Shown: positions 48,921 through 63,000, numbered from the whole stretch's first letter. The stretch is 63,394 bases of DNA, filler included, from Globobulimina sp. (GCA_003354225.1; 41 parts of 41 records of this genome joined end to end with filler, not necessarily neighbours in it), one strand, 5' to 3'. Notes: generated by a model from the letters alone, not told the origin. A program made the numbers and translations.

Positions 48921-49394
48921 TTAATTTTTCATTGAATCGTGTAATAATTTGATGATTTTAATTTTCTCATCATATAATAAATTGGTTTTGCCACCAGCAT
49001 TAACCGTAGATTTTGGGTCCACAAAATCATTTGAAACTATCGTAGTGTTTGTGGTCTTCTTCAATTTCGAACGTACAACAAATGTAATCACAGCTTGTTT
49101 CATAATATTATTCTTTGTATTTGAATTAATATCATAACACGAAGGGATACATTTCAATTCATTGTACAATGTGGATCCAGGAGTACAGACAGTATGTAAT
49201 ACGTCACGATCTAGAAAATATATTTGCTTCTTTTCATGAATTGATCTGTCGCGATGTCGAATGCTGCCACGTTGTGAACCGCAATATTTGACTGTATCAG
49301 CATCGATTCTTTCATATTTATGATATATTTGCAGGTTGTTTGCACCGCACTGCGTTTCAAAGATGTCATGCACAAAACCGCCTGAAATACACAA
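48921..49394 (-). CDS. Hypothetical protein fragment
   Basis: 157-codon ORF, no motif recognised. Confidence 0.35.
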   Translation of the reverse strand: MCISGGFVHDIFETQCGANNLQIYHKYERIDADTVKYCGSQRGSIRHRDRSIHEKKQIYFLDRDVLHTVCTPGSTLYNELKCIPSCYDINSNTKNNIMKQAVITFVVRSKLKKTTNTTIVSNDFVDPKSTVNAGGKTNLLYDEKIKIIKLLHDSMKN

Positions 49395-49849
49395 TGATAT
49401 AAAATTGGCCTGGTGATTATGTATAAATGTTTGCGCATCTTTTAAAAAAATATTAAATCTGATTTCNNNNNNNNNNNNNNNNNNNNNNNNNNNNNNNNNN
49501 NNNNNNNNNNTTAATTAATTAANNNNNNNNNNNNNNNNNNNNNNNNNNNNNNNNNNNNNNNNNNNNCTTTTACCATATTTGGTATTATATCATTTGTTAA
49601 TTGCTTAGAAATAAAAAAATGGCCTTTTGCTCTGTATTTAGATACAGGCTCATAACACCAGCTGCTGCCATACACAAATGCCAATTTTTTCTTTTTTTTC
49701 CTTTTTTTTACGCAATTCTTTAAATTAATAACACTGAGAGTATTTGTATTGGATGGCTTACCGGCATGTGACTGGTGATTAATTATAGTGTCTTTTATTA
49801 ATATCAACAATTAAATATGTCAGTAATTAACGTATAAAATTATAAAAAC

Positions 49850-51014
49850 CTAACTTGATAAATAATATTCCAGATGATCCAGTTCTAGATCTGATCGTAT
49901 TTTACCACCAAACGGCAACGCAGAATTAGACAATGCAGTCGCTGCAGACGCTGCAGACTCCGAAGTATCATTATCCATTGCAATTATTCTATGATTAACA
50001 GCTGTTTTAGTCAATACTCTGTTATTTTGTATGTCACAATCCTCGGAATCAAACAATTTAACATCGGGTGAAGTTGGATGGCGTATTTTTCCACCACATG
50101 GCAACAGTGAATTGGATTTTTGCTGTATTAAATCCATAGAAATGGAATAATCACTTTCATGGCCATCATCATTGCCAGACACATCATTATATTTTGCATA
50201 TGGATCTGGACATAAATATTGCTTACAACACCTCAATAAAGCAACATATTTAACATTATCTGAATGCGATTCTACATACATATTAATATCAAAATTATCC
50301 ATTGGTATTAATGTTGGATTGCTTTGAAAAAATAGTTCTTTTAAAGGACCAAATTGGAAATCTTTTGCAGTGCCAATACATTCAATCTGTTTAATGATAT
50401 CATGTGCAGATATATCAAATCTTGACACTGTCTCCAAATCAGTCAAATCTTTGCTTTTTCTGTCCGTCAAAGCATCAGTACCTAAACAGCACTGCAAAGT
50501 GCGCAAATTAACAAAAATATTTATTACCAATTGTCAGACCAAAATACATTACAAATGTACCTGTGTCTTCCTGCTTTCTTCGTACTTATTGATCCACCAA
50601 CTTTTATCTAATTTTAATTCTAAATAATTACATCCGAAAAGATCATGTTGTGATGGACGCGATTTATCCTCCAACAAATGCGTTGCCAACGGCACTGTCA
50701 GTCGACAACAACGTTGCTGATCTGGACCAGTTTTCTGTTCGTCTTCAAAGTCTGAATCGGAAGAAACATCATTATCATCATTATCATCAGCATCATCATC
50801 GTCTGTGTATTGCGTAAATGTGAAGCCTACACAAGCTTTGCTTGGATTTAATATTTGTTGAGATATTGATAATATTTTATTAGGCTTTGCTGTTTGTTTA
50901 ATTTTGGGTTCTTTTGAAGGACGGATCGAAGGCGATTTGTGTGGAACAATATTAAACATTGGAATATCAGTTATATCATCAATGTTATTTTTGTTATCTT
51001 CTTTTAATATGGAC
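49850..51014 (-). CDS. Hypothetical protein (two ORFs probably joined by an intron ~50560-50493), 5' partial
   Basis: CAG|GTACAT donor and TTGCAG acceptor link RKTQ to CCLGTD. Confidence 0.5.
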
Positions 51015-51114
51015 NNNNNNNNNNNNNNNNNNNNNNNNNNNNNNNNNNNNNNNNNNNNTTAATTAATTAANNNNNNNNNNNNNNNNNNNNNNNNNNNNNN
51101 NNNNNNNNNNNNNN

Positions 51115-52562
51115 ATACTGGCCCACATAGCCGCTAACGGCGTATCTTGACTAACACCCAAACCGCCATAAGCTTGGATGGCTCTATCAATAATCTTGCA
51201 GCCCATTCTAGGCGCAACCACTTTGATCATCGATATATATTTCCTTGCTTTCTTGGCACCAATCTCGTCGATCATAGCCGCAGTCTGCAACACCAACAGC
51301 CTCGCCTGTTCAATGTCGCATCGACTCTCTGAAATATCCTGTTGAATGGATGTGAATTTTGCAAGATGTCTATTAAAGGCATAGCGCGTCAAACATCTTT
51401 TTTTCATGATTTCCAAAGCTCTCTCACAGACTCCAATGACTCGCATGCAATGATGGATTCTTCCCGGACCCAACCTCCCTTGCGAGATCTCAAAGCCTTT
51501 GCCTTCGCCCAATATCAAATTGTCAGCCGGCACTCGAACATTATCAAAGATAACCTCGCCATGTCCATGCGGTAAATGAGTGTATCCAAACACAGTTAAA
51601 TGGCGCACAATCTTCACGCCACGCAATGTCATGGGACAAATCAACATCGATTGCTGCGAATATGGCGTCTGTTCCAAATCAGTTTTGACCATCAAAATAC
51701 ATATTTTGCAGCGAGTGTCCATTGCACCTGATTCGCACAACTAATATTTGCAGAAATGTCGAAACAGTCAATATGCACTGCACAGACCTGAGGTCCAATG
51801 TTTCCGTCCATTCACAACATAATATTTGCCATCTCGCGTTTTGATGGCAGAGCAGCCAATGTTACGCGCATCGGACGAAGCCACCGCAGGCTCAGTCATG
51901 CCAAAACAACTACGAATGGTGCCTTCCATCAGCGGCTTCAAATACGCTTCTTTCTGGAACGCGTTGCCATATTTTGCCAACACTTCCATGTTTCCAGTAT
52001 CCGGCGCACTGCAATTGCACGCTTCGGGAGCCAACGAACCCGCTCTTCCCATGATTTCACACAACGGCGCGTATTGTAAGTTGGTCAAACCCGCAGATTC
52101 CGGGTATTGAGCCGGCAAAAATAAGTTCCATAGTTTCAACTCTCTCGCTTTTTCTTTCAGAATTTCTAAGCCGTCCCAATGCTTCCTTGCGTTGGCTGCA
52201 TTTAACTGAAATAATTCATACTGTTTCTCTGCGGGATATATATATGCGTCCATGAAAAATAATAATCTGCGCCGCAAATCAAAAAAAGCACTGTTTTTCG
52301 GACTACCTGGCATCCAAAACCGTGCTCTTTGGTCTTCAAAATCATCGTTGACCTCAACCAATAGTCCTTGTACATCTTTTGAATCAACGGATGTGTATGG
52401 GACTGACGAATCTTGGCCTTCTTGTCTATGGCGTAAATCGCCTTCTGACGCCCATGCCAAAATGACTGCATTCAACATACGGTCAATGCGAACGAAATTC
52501 ATGTGCGTTCTTTTTCCCAAACGCCCACAGCGCCGCAAGCCCGATTGCAACAACTGCTGCAT
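51115..52562 (-). CDS. Acyl-CoA dehydrogenase (ACAD10/11-like), partial (intron 51787-51728)
   Basis: [66 protein letters not shown]. Confidence 0.95.
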
Positions 52563-52879
52563 NNNNNNNNNNNNNNNNNNNNNNNNNNNNNNNNNNNNNN
52601 NNNNNNTTAATTAATTAANNNNNNNNNNNNNNNNNNNNNNNNNNNNNNNNNNNNNNNNNNNNAGATTGTGATTGATTCGGATTCGCGTTGTCGTAGCTAT
52701 GCATATTCCGTGATACTCCAGAACTTCTTCCTCTTCCTCTACCTCTTCGTAACTTTGCAATTCGCGGTTGTGAGGAGCTCATTGTTCGTTAAGCAGTATA
52801 GTAATTTGCAAAAGTTTTTTTTTGCAGTTTTTTTACTTTTTCTATATCCACTTAACATTCCGCAAAACCGATAGCTAAA

Positions 52880-54110
52880 ATGCCATCAGCCCGTACAGCC
52901 CGTACAAAGCAATTGAAAACATACAAAAGCAATGAAATTGCAAATCTAAAACGAAGACAATTGCAAGCATTATGCAAAGCAAATGGCATTAAAGCAAATT
53001 CAAAGGTATTATTGTGTCTACTTTAATTAACAAATAAAATAAACACATAATAATATAAACAGAGTATTGTTTTAATAAAAGAATTACGAGACAAACTAAA
53101 AAAAATGGAGGAAGAAAAAAATATATTAAATAATTATTATAAAGAAAATGAATCCATAAATTCAAATAACTGTTCACCACAAAAGAAAGAAGCAACTAAA
53201 TCTCCTAAATCAGCTACAAAATCTGTAAGTAGTCCAATAATAGAAACAGCAAATGAAAATATTCCGAAACCTATCGAATTTCCAAGCAATCATAACATTA
53301 AATCGCAACCAGAACCAGACTCAGAATCAGACGGAGAAGAGGATTGCAATGAAATATTTACTAGACAGCTAACTGAAGACATCGAAGAGATAATAATAAC
53401 AACCAATGACGAGGATTACAATGCGAATCCAAACGGAAATAACGGAAGTTTTGTCGACATTGCTAATGAGAACGACGATGATGTCCATGTATTATCTTCC
53501 AGTTCATTTCGCGATGACACCTCCTACACAAACCACAATACGACAGATATATCCATTGACGACATCAATAATGGCTCAATGATAGACGCTACAAATACAA
53601 GTAATATTAATCTCAATACTCGAGATCCGATTATTATGGTTGTCAGTGATGTGTGCTCGCCACTGGCTGATGATGATAACGTGGCTGATAACGAGGACAA
53701 TAATAATGATACTTCATTGAGTATGGAACATACGCCCAAATTAAATGAATCCATGGAAGAATTTATCCGTAAATCCTTGAATCCACCCAATTGCAATGAA
53801 TCACCCATCCAACCAACACCACCACAACCACAACCACACGATGACGAGGACGATGTCGATATGGAGCTTACACCGTTTTCCTTTCCGAATAGAACGCCAA
53901 TGTTAGCCATGAATGCATCGCGAATTTCAGTGGATGAGACAGCTGATAATGAATGTGATACAGACGAAGAAAATTGGAAACAAACACCGTTGAAAGCATT
54001 ACAAATCTTGGACTCAATTCGTGATTCAATATCGATGGAGGACTGTAATAATAATAAAGAAGAAAAGGAAGAAGAAGAAGAAGAGGAAAAAGAGGAAATT
54101 AGTAACAGAG
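52880..54110 (+). CDS. Acidic disordered protein with an N-terminal SAP/HeH-like motif (intron 53006-53062), 3' partial
   Basis: LKRRQLQALCKANGIKANSK|S..LI..L. A phase-0 intron joins into the 53105 ORF. Confidence 0.68.
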
Positions 54111-54488
54111 NNNNNNNNNNNNNNNNNNNNNNNNNNNNNNNNNNNNNNNNNNNNTTAATTAATTAANNNNNNNNNNNNNNNNNNNNNNNNNNNNNNNNNN
54201 NNNNNNNNNNCAACAGAAAACACAATTTGAGTGTCTAAATTACTCCAATTATAAGGCGCTACCTTCAAAATAGTAGTGAAAATCGACCATCTATGATTGG
54301 CAGACAAATGATGCAGTTATTGACATAACTTTCATTCATGAGGTTTTTCTAAGATTAAAACTGCATTGTAGTTAGCAACTTCAGTTTTGGGCATTTCTCT
54401 CTGGTGATGAATTGAATGTAGCAAAATATTGTTCATCTTGCAACACTATCTTTTCTTGACAAGTAGACTTAACGATTCTTTCAAATTT

Positions 54489-54598
54489 ACAGTTTAATAA
54501 TTCCACATTAAACAGCTTAATAATGTCACATTACAGCTTAATAATGTCACATTTTCAGCTTTATAATGTCACATTACAGCTTAATAATTTCACATTCA
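54489..54598. repeat. ~21-bp minisatellite x5, followed by (TATAC)n-like tracts
   Basis: ACAGCTTAATAATGTCACATT units. Confidence 0.85.
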
Positions 54599-56199
54599 GG
54601 GATGCCTACTATACTACAATATACTAGTAACTTTAATCAAATTAGTAGTATAGTACTATACTATACTATACTAGAATCAAAAAAGCAGATTTTATACTAT
54701 ACTATACTATACTACTAAGATTCATTTGATTCTAGTACAACTTTGATTATAGTATGATTCCAGTAACTATCTCATATGTTGATCATCATGATATGATTTG
54801 ACCTAAACAGCTTGTTTTTGGTAGACAAATTCTTACACTTTCGTTATATTAGCTTAAATTTATGTTCTTGTCGCACAGCAGCATTAAATTTGAAAAAAAG
54901 ATAAAATTGCGCTGATTTTCATCATATTACTAGAATCATACTAGAATCAAAATTTTGAATTTTTATACTAGTATACTATACTTAATTCAAAACCGATTGA
55001 AACTAAAGTCCATTCAAATAGGTTTGGCGGTGGCGGTTTTTTGCGATTTTCTATTTTATTACTTGCCGTAAAACAGACAAATCGTATACCAAATTGTTCG
55101 TCTCGAAAACGACGATCTTAATTTCAATTTTTTTTTCAAAAAATCAATATACAAATTTTTTGGTAATCTGCCAAAAAAAATCGACTTTTTTGGCAATTTG
55201 CCAATTTCCTTGAAAATCACACCATCGATAGCACACGTCTCGGGGATATCGTATAACAAATTTCAGCTCGATCGGTCAATCCGTCTCCGGGTGGCTGCAA
55301 TTTTCCTGAACCTAGTTCGAGCCAAAAGTGCCCAAAAAGTCCAAAAAACGGTTTTTCCGAGCCAAAACACTAAAAAGGTGCTCCAAAGTGGGCAAAACTC
55401 ACGAGTTAAACTGAAATCTGGTACGCCGGATCCACTGGTGCCAACTAGAACTCTCTAGCTTAAACGGTTGGTGAGTTATGGGGTCTCGAAGCTAACATGG
55501 TCAAAATTTGGCACTTTGCCAAATAGACAGATTTTGTGCTAAAAACTATTTCTCTGGGGTACTTTTAGCCGTAGAATTCATTTTTGATACTATCACTGCC
55601 CATTTTACTCCTTAGAAGGCATGAACGAGGGTCCCGAAGTTGATATCAACCACGAGTTNNNNNNNNNNNNNNNNNNNNNNNNNNNNNNNNNNNNNNNNNN
55701 NNTTAATTAATTAANNNNNNNNNNNNNNNNNNNNNNNNNNNNNNNNNNNNNNNNNNNNTTCTATATCACCAGCTACAAATATGGAAAGATTCCACACCAA
55801 AATTATTTCAGTATAATTTGATCATTTACTTGACATGTCCTACCCCAATACAAAAACAGCGGACAGCATTAAGAAATAGACCGGAAGAAAAGGAAGTTAC
55901 AATGGAATATCTGGATATGCTCACGGAATTGTATGATAATTGGATCAATCATGAACAAATGGTATGTTTAAATGCATTCACTGTATCAAGTATGGATAGC
56001 ACAATGAATGTTGCAAAAATGGTTAAACAAATTATGGACAACCAACTACCAAATTGCTATAATTCATGTTCAGACAACCCTCAGTCTAGTTCCCAAGAAA
56101 CCTCACCAGAATCATCTTCTAGTTATCAACGTTCTAGTCCTGAAATCAAACATGTCACATTCAGCCCAACACGAACACATTATATTCTAGCATTGACCA

Positions 56200-57206
56200 C
56201 TGAAGGAAGTATTAGTCCATTTATCCCAGAGGACCAAGATTTAGCAGAAGAACAGCTAAAAGACCCTGACCTAAAATCAGTCATTCAATATATTCAAGAT
56301 GGTGATAAAACATTACCTCAAGATTCTTCTGAAGCCCAACGAATAAGGCGACAAGCCTTAGATTGTGAATTGAAAGATGATATTCTAGTCCACAAAGGTA
56401 TTGAAACTCGTCACAAGAAAGCAACTGAAAATTATCGAATCATTGTTCCTCACCAACTGCAAACAACTATTTTGGACATGTTTCATAAAGATGCACTGAC
56501 AGGAGGACACCTTGGATTACGAAAAACTCTGGGTAAACTACAGCAACGTTTTCATTGGAAAAATCTAAATGAAGATACTAGAATCTACATTAGCAGCTGC
56601 CCTGATTGTCAATCAAGAAAAAGCCCAGCTAAACATGCAAAAGTTCCTCTACAGTCCATTGCAGTAAAAGGAGTATTTGACATGGTTGGAGTGGATTTCT
56701 TGGGACCTTTACCACAAACATACGATGGAAATGTCTATATTCTAGTTTTCACTGATTATCTCAGCAAATTTCCAGAAGCTTTTGCATTGTCAGACAGCAA
56801 AACAACAACCGTAGCCCGAATATTTGTTGATGAGATCATTACACGGTATGGAGCCCCTTCTAAGTTATTAAGCGATCAAGGTAAAAATTTCTTATCTAAT
56901 CTCATGCATGAAGTGTGTGAATTGTTTCTAGTCCACAAAATTAACACTGCTCCTTACCACCCACAGTGTGATGGGTTAACAGAACGTTTCAATGCAACAT
57001 TGTGCCAAATGCTTTCCATGTATGTTGATGCCAACCAGCGCGATTGGGACAAGTATTTGCAGCTCTGCCTTTTCGCTTTTAGATCAAGTAAGCAGGAAAG
57101 TACAAAGGAAACACCTTTCTATCTGATGTATGGACGCGACCCACAGATCCCCTTGGATACTGTGTGGAAAACACCAAATCGAGCTTACGTTGATCAGGTT
57201 GATTAT
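56200..57206 (+). mobile_element. Ty3/Gypsy LTR-retrotransposon integrase, partial
   Basis: HHCC finger (H...GGHLG...CPDC), DFLGP, SDQG, YHPQCDGLTERFN (DD35E), TPF.L.YGR. Confidence 0.93.
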
Positions 57207-57306
57207 NNNNNNNNNNNNNNNNNNNNNNNNNNNNNNNNNNNNNNNNNNNNTTAATTAATTAANNNNNNNNNNNNNNNNNNNNNNNNNNNNNNNNNNNNNN
57301 NNNNNN

Positions 57307-58753
57307 ATTTGTAAAGTGAAGCAAGATAATGTAGATCATAAAGATAATGGTTATGATTATCTATTATGCACAGCATCTCGTGATAAAACAATGCGTGGTT
57401 ATTCCATACCAGATGGCGACATAGTATTTAATATTGCAGACAGTCAGGATACGCTACGAGCTATTGATTGCAATGAAGAATATATTATTAGTGCAGGAAA
57501 AGATAATTATATCAGATGTTACAAATTAATGTCAAATACTATCAATTATCAATTTAGACGCGATAATATTAAAAACAAGCTACAAATATCATTGAAATGG
57601 GCGTATCAAAGACACGAAGGATATTTAAACCGGATTTTATGTGGAAAACAACAATTTAAACATATGGTATTTACTGCAGATAGAAACGGAATTATTTTAG
57701 GATGGGATATGAACACTGGACAATGTATTAACTGTTATGGCAATGATGAAGCTAACATAAACACCATAAAAGCGCCAAAAAAGGAGGTTCGAATGGAAAT
57801 TATAACCATGTTAATACAATTTATGCAATTAGCTACTTTTGCATTTAGTATTAATATAAATTGGGGTGACTTTAACGATAAATATAATCCATTTTCGTTA
57901 TCTGCTAATTTATTTCAATTTGATATTAGTAAATACAGCTCTTCTATTTCTTGGATAGACTGGTTTTATGAAAATATCTCAATCCCATTTGAATGGATAA
58001 TCAGTATCCTATGTATTGCAATCTTTATTGTCTTATTTTGTATGTCCTATAAATTTAAATATATGGCAGATAATAAAGCAAATAAATTTAAAAGCATTTT
58101 ATCATTCTTTTGTTGGATTACTATGAATGTTGGATTTGTACCAATTCTACGCAATATATTTAAAGTGTTTGTGTGTCACAATATTACTCCTTATTTAATT
58201 AATGGCGAATCTGATTGTTGGTCATCTGTAACACATTGGATATATATTTGTATATCTTTGTTTGTGTTAATATTATATTTGCCGACTGCCTATCGAGTGG
58301 AAGCAAGATCTGGTGACTTGCAACAAATTAATGCATATTATTGGGCGAAATGGAGCAAAGATTACCCACAACAAAGAAGAGTACATTTTGCATCTCCGAG
58401 AACAAATTCATTGGCCAGTATTGATAAATCAATTGTTATTTTGATGGTGGCTGTGTCTGTTTTTTTGGTTTATGGAGAAAACGCAAATGAAGAGGTTGAA
58501 TTAAGTGCGTTTGAAGAGAAACAATTGTTGACTATGGATTATGTTATTATTGGTCTCTTATTAACTGCGTCGGCGATTTTATGTGTTGCAATTCTAATTA
58601 AACCACCATTTTATTTTAGGGGAATGAATATATTCAACGCTGCTTTGTTTTTTGGTGTATTATGGACTGATTTGTGGTCATTATTTGTAATTAATGAGGA
58701 AGAGGTTCGTCAATGGAGTAGTTTACGACGGGAAAGGATTGATCAAATTAAAA
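57307..58753 (+). CDS. WD40 repeats fused to a multi-pass membrane domain, partial
   Basis: TASRDKT, SAGKDNYIR and TADRNG..WD blades, then at least seven hydrophobic helices. Confidence 0.75.
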
Positions 58754-58853
58754 NNNNNNNNNNNNNNNNNNNNNNNNNNNNNNNNNNNNNNNNNNNNTTA
58801 ATTAATTAANNNNNNNNNNNNNNNNNNNNNNNNNNNNNNNNNNNNNNNNNNNN

Positions 58854-59143
58854 TTGTCTGCCACAAATAATGCCCCTTTCTCTGCAGTAGCCGACCCGAT
58901 TTGTGCCGCTTGTGTGGCTTTTCCCACAACAGCAGACCCGAATTGTTGTACAGCAGGTGATTTGACGAGATTCGATGCTTGTTCTGCTACAAAACGAATA
59001 GCTGGGACAGCCTCTTGATATCCTCTATAACCTGCAGCTATCACTCGTTGAAAGATGCCTGGTGATGTGTGAGCGATTGCGATCCCGCCAGAAACTATCT
59101 CGGTTGCACTTGGTCCTTCATCAATGTCATTTGGACGTGACAT
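58854..59143 (-). CDS. Ala-rich hypothetical protein, 3' partial
   Basis: ATG at 59143, divergent from the 59191 gene. Confidence 0.5.
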
Positions 59144-59190
59144 AAGGAAGTTTTTTTATTTCCTACTTATCTCATTAATTAAATATAGCA

Positions 59191-60300
59191 ATGACGTACT
59201 TTTCTCTGTTATTAATTGGAATGCTTTACACAGCATTTGGCCAAACCAAGTATGAAATAGCTGGAAGAACAGCGTATTGGCCACGAACCATCCTATTAGC
59301 AGACGGATCATATTTATCGTGTGTTACAAATATGTCCAGTTCCGGAAGTACAGTGCATCGCGAGATCTCAGTCTACAGTTCCTCAGATATGAAAAGCTGG
59401 CGCTATAAATCGAAAATGTTCTCGGTGACATACCAAAACACAGCCGGAAACATCATCGATTTGGACAATTGCTACCTCGCTCAATCGACCATCTACAAAT
59501 CGAATGCGGCGATTATCGGTTCCTTTCGGTATCACACGGGGTGCCATGCAAGCGGCAGCAATCCGGAGTTGTACTGCACGCAATTTTCATTACAGTCGTC
59601 CACCTCTTACGACGCAGGAAAAACGTGGCCGGCCAAGCCGGTGATGATCGTACATTTGGATTACAACTCATGGCCTCAGCAACAGCCCGCCGTTTGGGAG
59701 CCGTTTGTGTTTCAACCAAACACGTTAACAATGTCTGCGTCGGACGCGCAAAATTGCTACAATATTTTTGGTGGGAATAAAAACTTAACCTCCAGTTTCC
59801 AGGTCTATTATTCGCAGGAACTATATCGCAGCGGTTCCGGCTATTTGCAGCAAGACATTCGGATGAAATACACCAACAACAATGGGGCGTCTTGGAGTGG
59901 CAGCGATTATGTGATATCGTCTCACGCCAATTCCCGCGACGGGATGCCCGGCGTTGCGCAGCTGAATGACGGCTCCATCTATCAGGTTATGGAAGGTTTT
60001 TGGGGCTCGCACGGCTGGGGATACTTTACGGTGTCCGGACAGCGCAGTTTTGACTGTGGCAGGACGTGGACGCAGCAGTCTGTCATCAATCAGCCGGCGT
60101 CGACGAGTTATTGTGCCGGCGCACCGGACACCGCCGTCAATGTGAATAGCGGCATTGTTTACGTGTCGTTTATGTCGGATGTGCCCATCTCTGCGGCTGG
60201 TGAGGATGAGCTGAGACAAGCTTTGCAGTTGTTCCAGACGTATGGAAAGGAGTTGGGGAACCAAGAAGGGCAACAAACGGGAATGAACGTAGACGTCAGG
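59191..60300 (+). CDS. Secreted BNR/Asp-box beta-propeller glycoside hydrolase (GH93/sialidase-like), 3' partial
   Basis: Signal peptide. Asp-boxes SSDMKSW, SYDAGKTW, TNNNGASW, SFDCGRTW. VWEPF and RDGMPGV. Confidence 0.8.
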
Positions 60301-60400
60301 NNNNNNNNNNNNNNNNNNNNNNNNNNNNNNNNNNNNNNNNNNNNTTAATTAATTAANNNNNNNNNNNNNNNNNNNNNNNNNNNNNNNNNNNNNNNNNNNN

Positions 60401-61667
60401 TTTATTTGAACCATATTTTTGTCGTTGTGACGGACTCAACGGTATCACTTCCATCCTAACGAGAGAACCGGTTTGTTCCTCTGTGGCCTCGTTTTGCTGA
60501 AACATCTCGTCAATACCAATACCATTGAATGAATCCGTCATTTCGGAAATATCTGCATTCTCCTTATTATTATTATAATTATAATGATCAGCTTTATATC
60601 TTTTTGCTGGTTTTGATTGTAACGAACTTGGTGGTGAATGATGGCGTAATGTGGCTGTAATTGGTGTAGTGGGCGGTAATTCCGGTGGTTTCTTGTTTTT
60701 ATCCGGAGATAATATTAACAATTTGCTACCATATGCACTATTTACATGTACATGATTAGTATCGCCAATATAGCTGATATCACTCAATCCGCTTATATTC
60801 ATACTATTATCCATTGAATTATCCATATTCATGTTATTTATATTTGGTGTGATTGGTGGACCATGAAAGGGAGAATTGGAAGATAATGACATATTACATT
60901 CAGATACATCAACAATAGGCGATAATGCAGTTTTAAATGAGATATTTTTAGGATTGCGTCGGTTCATAAAGGCAGGCGTTGGACTCCTCGATACAGAAAT
61001 TTGTTTCTTTTTTTGTCTGGATCTAAATTGAAATTTTTTCTGTCTCTGCTTACTTTTTTTCTCAGATTCCATCATAAAATTTTCAAAATCAGCAGTTAAT
61101 GGCGTACAGTTAATTTGATTGGTTATTGGTGATATTGGTAATGGCGGCATTGGCGATGCCGCAAAAGGGGTCGGTCCAAATAAGCTCAAATGTTGGGTGA
61201 TTTTCATCCTTTTTTGTTGGTTAACTGGGTTTGCATTTGCATTATTCGTAGTTTTCTTTTGTTTGCTGTGTCGCAATTTAAATGCTTGGAATGCACACAA
61301 AATATCCTCAAATGGCTTTTTATTTGTCGTGGAAATTGTTTCTGAGCTTCGGAAATATACAAAATGAAATTTTAACTTGTGCTTGATATGAAGCAGCTTC
61401 TTCAAATAATTTCACCGCCTTTTGTAATTCGCCTAATTCTTCGGCGATTTCGGATCGAAGAATCCAAATTGATGATAGTTTGGAATACTCCACAAATGAT
61501 TCAGATTTAGTTATATTTAATAATATCTCCTCTGCTCCTTTGTAATTTTTATTTTCACATAATATCACCGCAAATTGCAATAACGGCTCCACTTCGGTTA
61601 CATATTCATGATTATATTGGGTTAAGATTGCTTGATATTTGCTTATCCGATGTTGTAGCGCCGACAT
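60401..61667 (-). CDS. Protein with an N-terminal CKAP2/Mps1-TPR-like helical domain and a disordered tail (intron 61376-61316), 3' partial
   Basis: IWI.R...E...A..LFEEA...QAQ|PFEDI. A phase-0 intron joins the two ORFs. Confidence 0.6.
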
Positions 61668-61947
61668 GTTGGCATAAGAGTTTTTAAGTAAAGCTTCAAA
61701 ACTTTATTCGATCAGAAATACAAAATGCGAGCAAAACCTGTTTGTTCGGTTTGTCGCGGACTACTGGTGACTCATAATCTAGTTACTAAAGTTTATAACA
61801 ATTTTATTTAAATCAAAATATACACAAGTTAAAAATCCCAACCTACANNNNNNNNNNNNNNNNNNNNNNNNNNNNNNNNNNNNNNNNNNNNTTAATTAAT
61901 TAANNNNNNNNNNNNNNNNNNNNNNNNNNNNNNNNNNNNNNNNNNNN

Positions 61948-62839
61948 GATTAGGCAACAAATCGAGAAAATAGATACAACGCATTATCCATTGCCAAGAT
62001 TTAAAGAATTAAACATTGATTTGAACAGTTCGCTTTATTCTTCGTTTCAATTTATGGTTTATTGGTTATTGCAGAATGGCGAAAGCGGAAAGAAATTCTG
62101 TATTAAACGGTCGTATATGCATTTGGATGAAGACGAGTCGTCTATGCATTTGGAGGGCACTCATTTTTTCTCGAGGAATCCGACTCTATTAAATATGCAA
62201 CGCAATGCATTGTTGAAAGTTGATTATTTGAATATTGATTATTTTAAATCAACATTAATGAATATATCAGAATGGATAAGTTTTGATAAAAATATAAAGT
62301 TTAAAGAGTTTTCCTTTGCAATCGGGACAAAAGCATTTAAACAAACTACTTCTTTTGGTTTTCTACCCACTCCTTTTGAACGTGATTTGCATGAAGGAAT
62401 TGTGCGTATTGGCGCTACTTTTCTAACATTGTTGGAGCCATTTACGGCAGTTAGTGATGTATCGACTTTCCAGGCCGATGATCGTCATATGTGGAATGAG
62501 CCAGTTTTATCTGATAAATGTTTTTTATTGGAATGGCCACAGTTTTTAATATCACATTTGTCTAAAAATTTATTTGATAATATAAATATTAGCGACATTA
62601 TGATTGATGTGGCAGGGCATAAACCATTATCTATTTTTGAAGGCTGTGTTGTTCCATGGTTGACAGTCAAGAATTCAGTGTTAAAATGTTCAGTAAATTA
62701 TGATGTTGAGTTTGTTTGTCGTATTTATGATGAATGGACTGATTTTATTGAGGAATTTCAAGCATTGTGCAAAAATTGTCAGCATGAGATTAAGACCAAA
62801 AAACATGGTGGCAATAACGCGATTAGAGTGGTATTTTAG
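61948..62839 (+). CDS. Hypothetical protein, 5' partial
   Basis: About 290 open codons, no firm domain. Confidence 0.55.
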
Positions 62840-63000
62840 TTGTTGACTTGTTTGCCAAACTTCAAACTGACAGAAAAATTTTCCAGACATAAATGAAAAC
62901 TTTTTTATCTCAATTAGACAAATCAGGAACCTGTTGTGAGTCATCGTTGTCGTCTTTATGATCGATACGAGGTCGTAGATCAAATTGGGACAGCTCCAGT

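Noticed and set aside
1451-61947. Regularly spaced TTAATTAATTAA palindromes, and gene neighbourhoods across them
   Set aside because: Artificial N-flanked linkers. No operon or system can be inferred across contigs.
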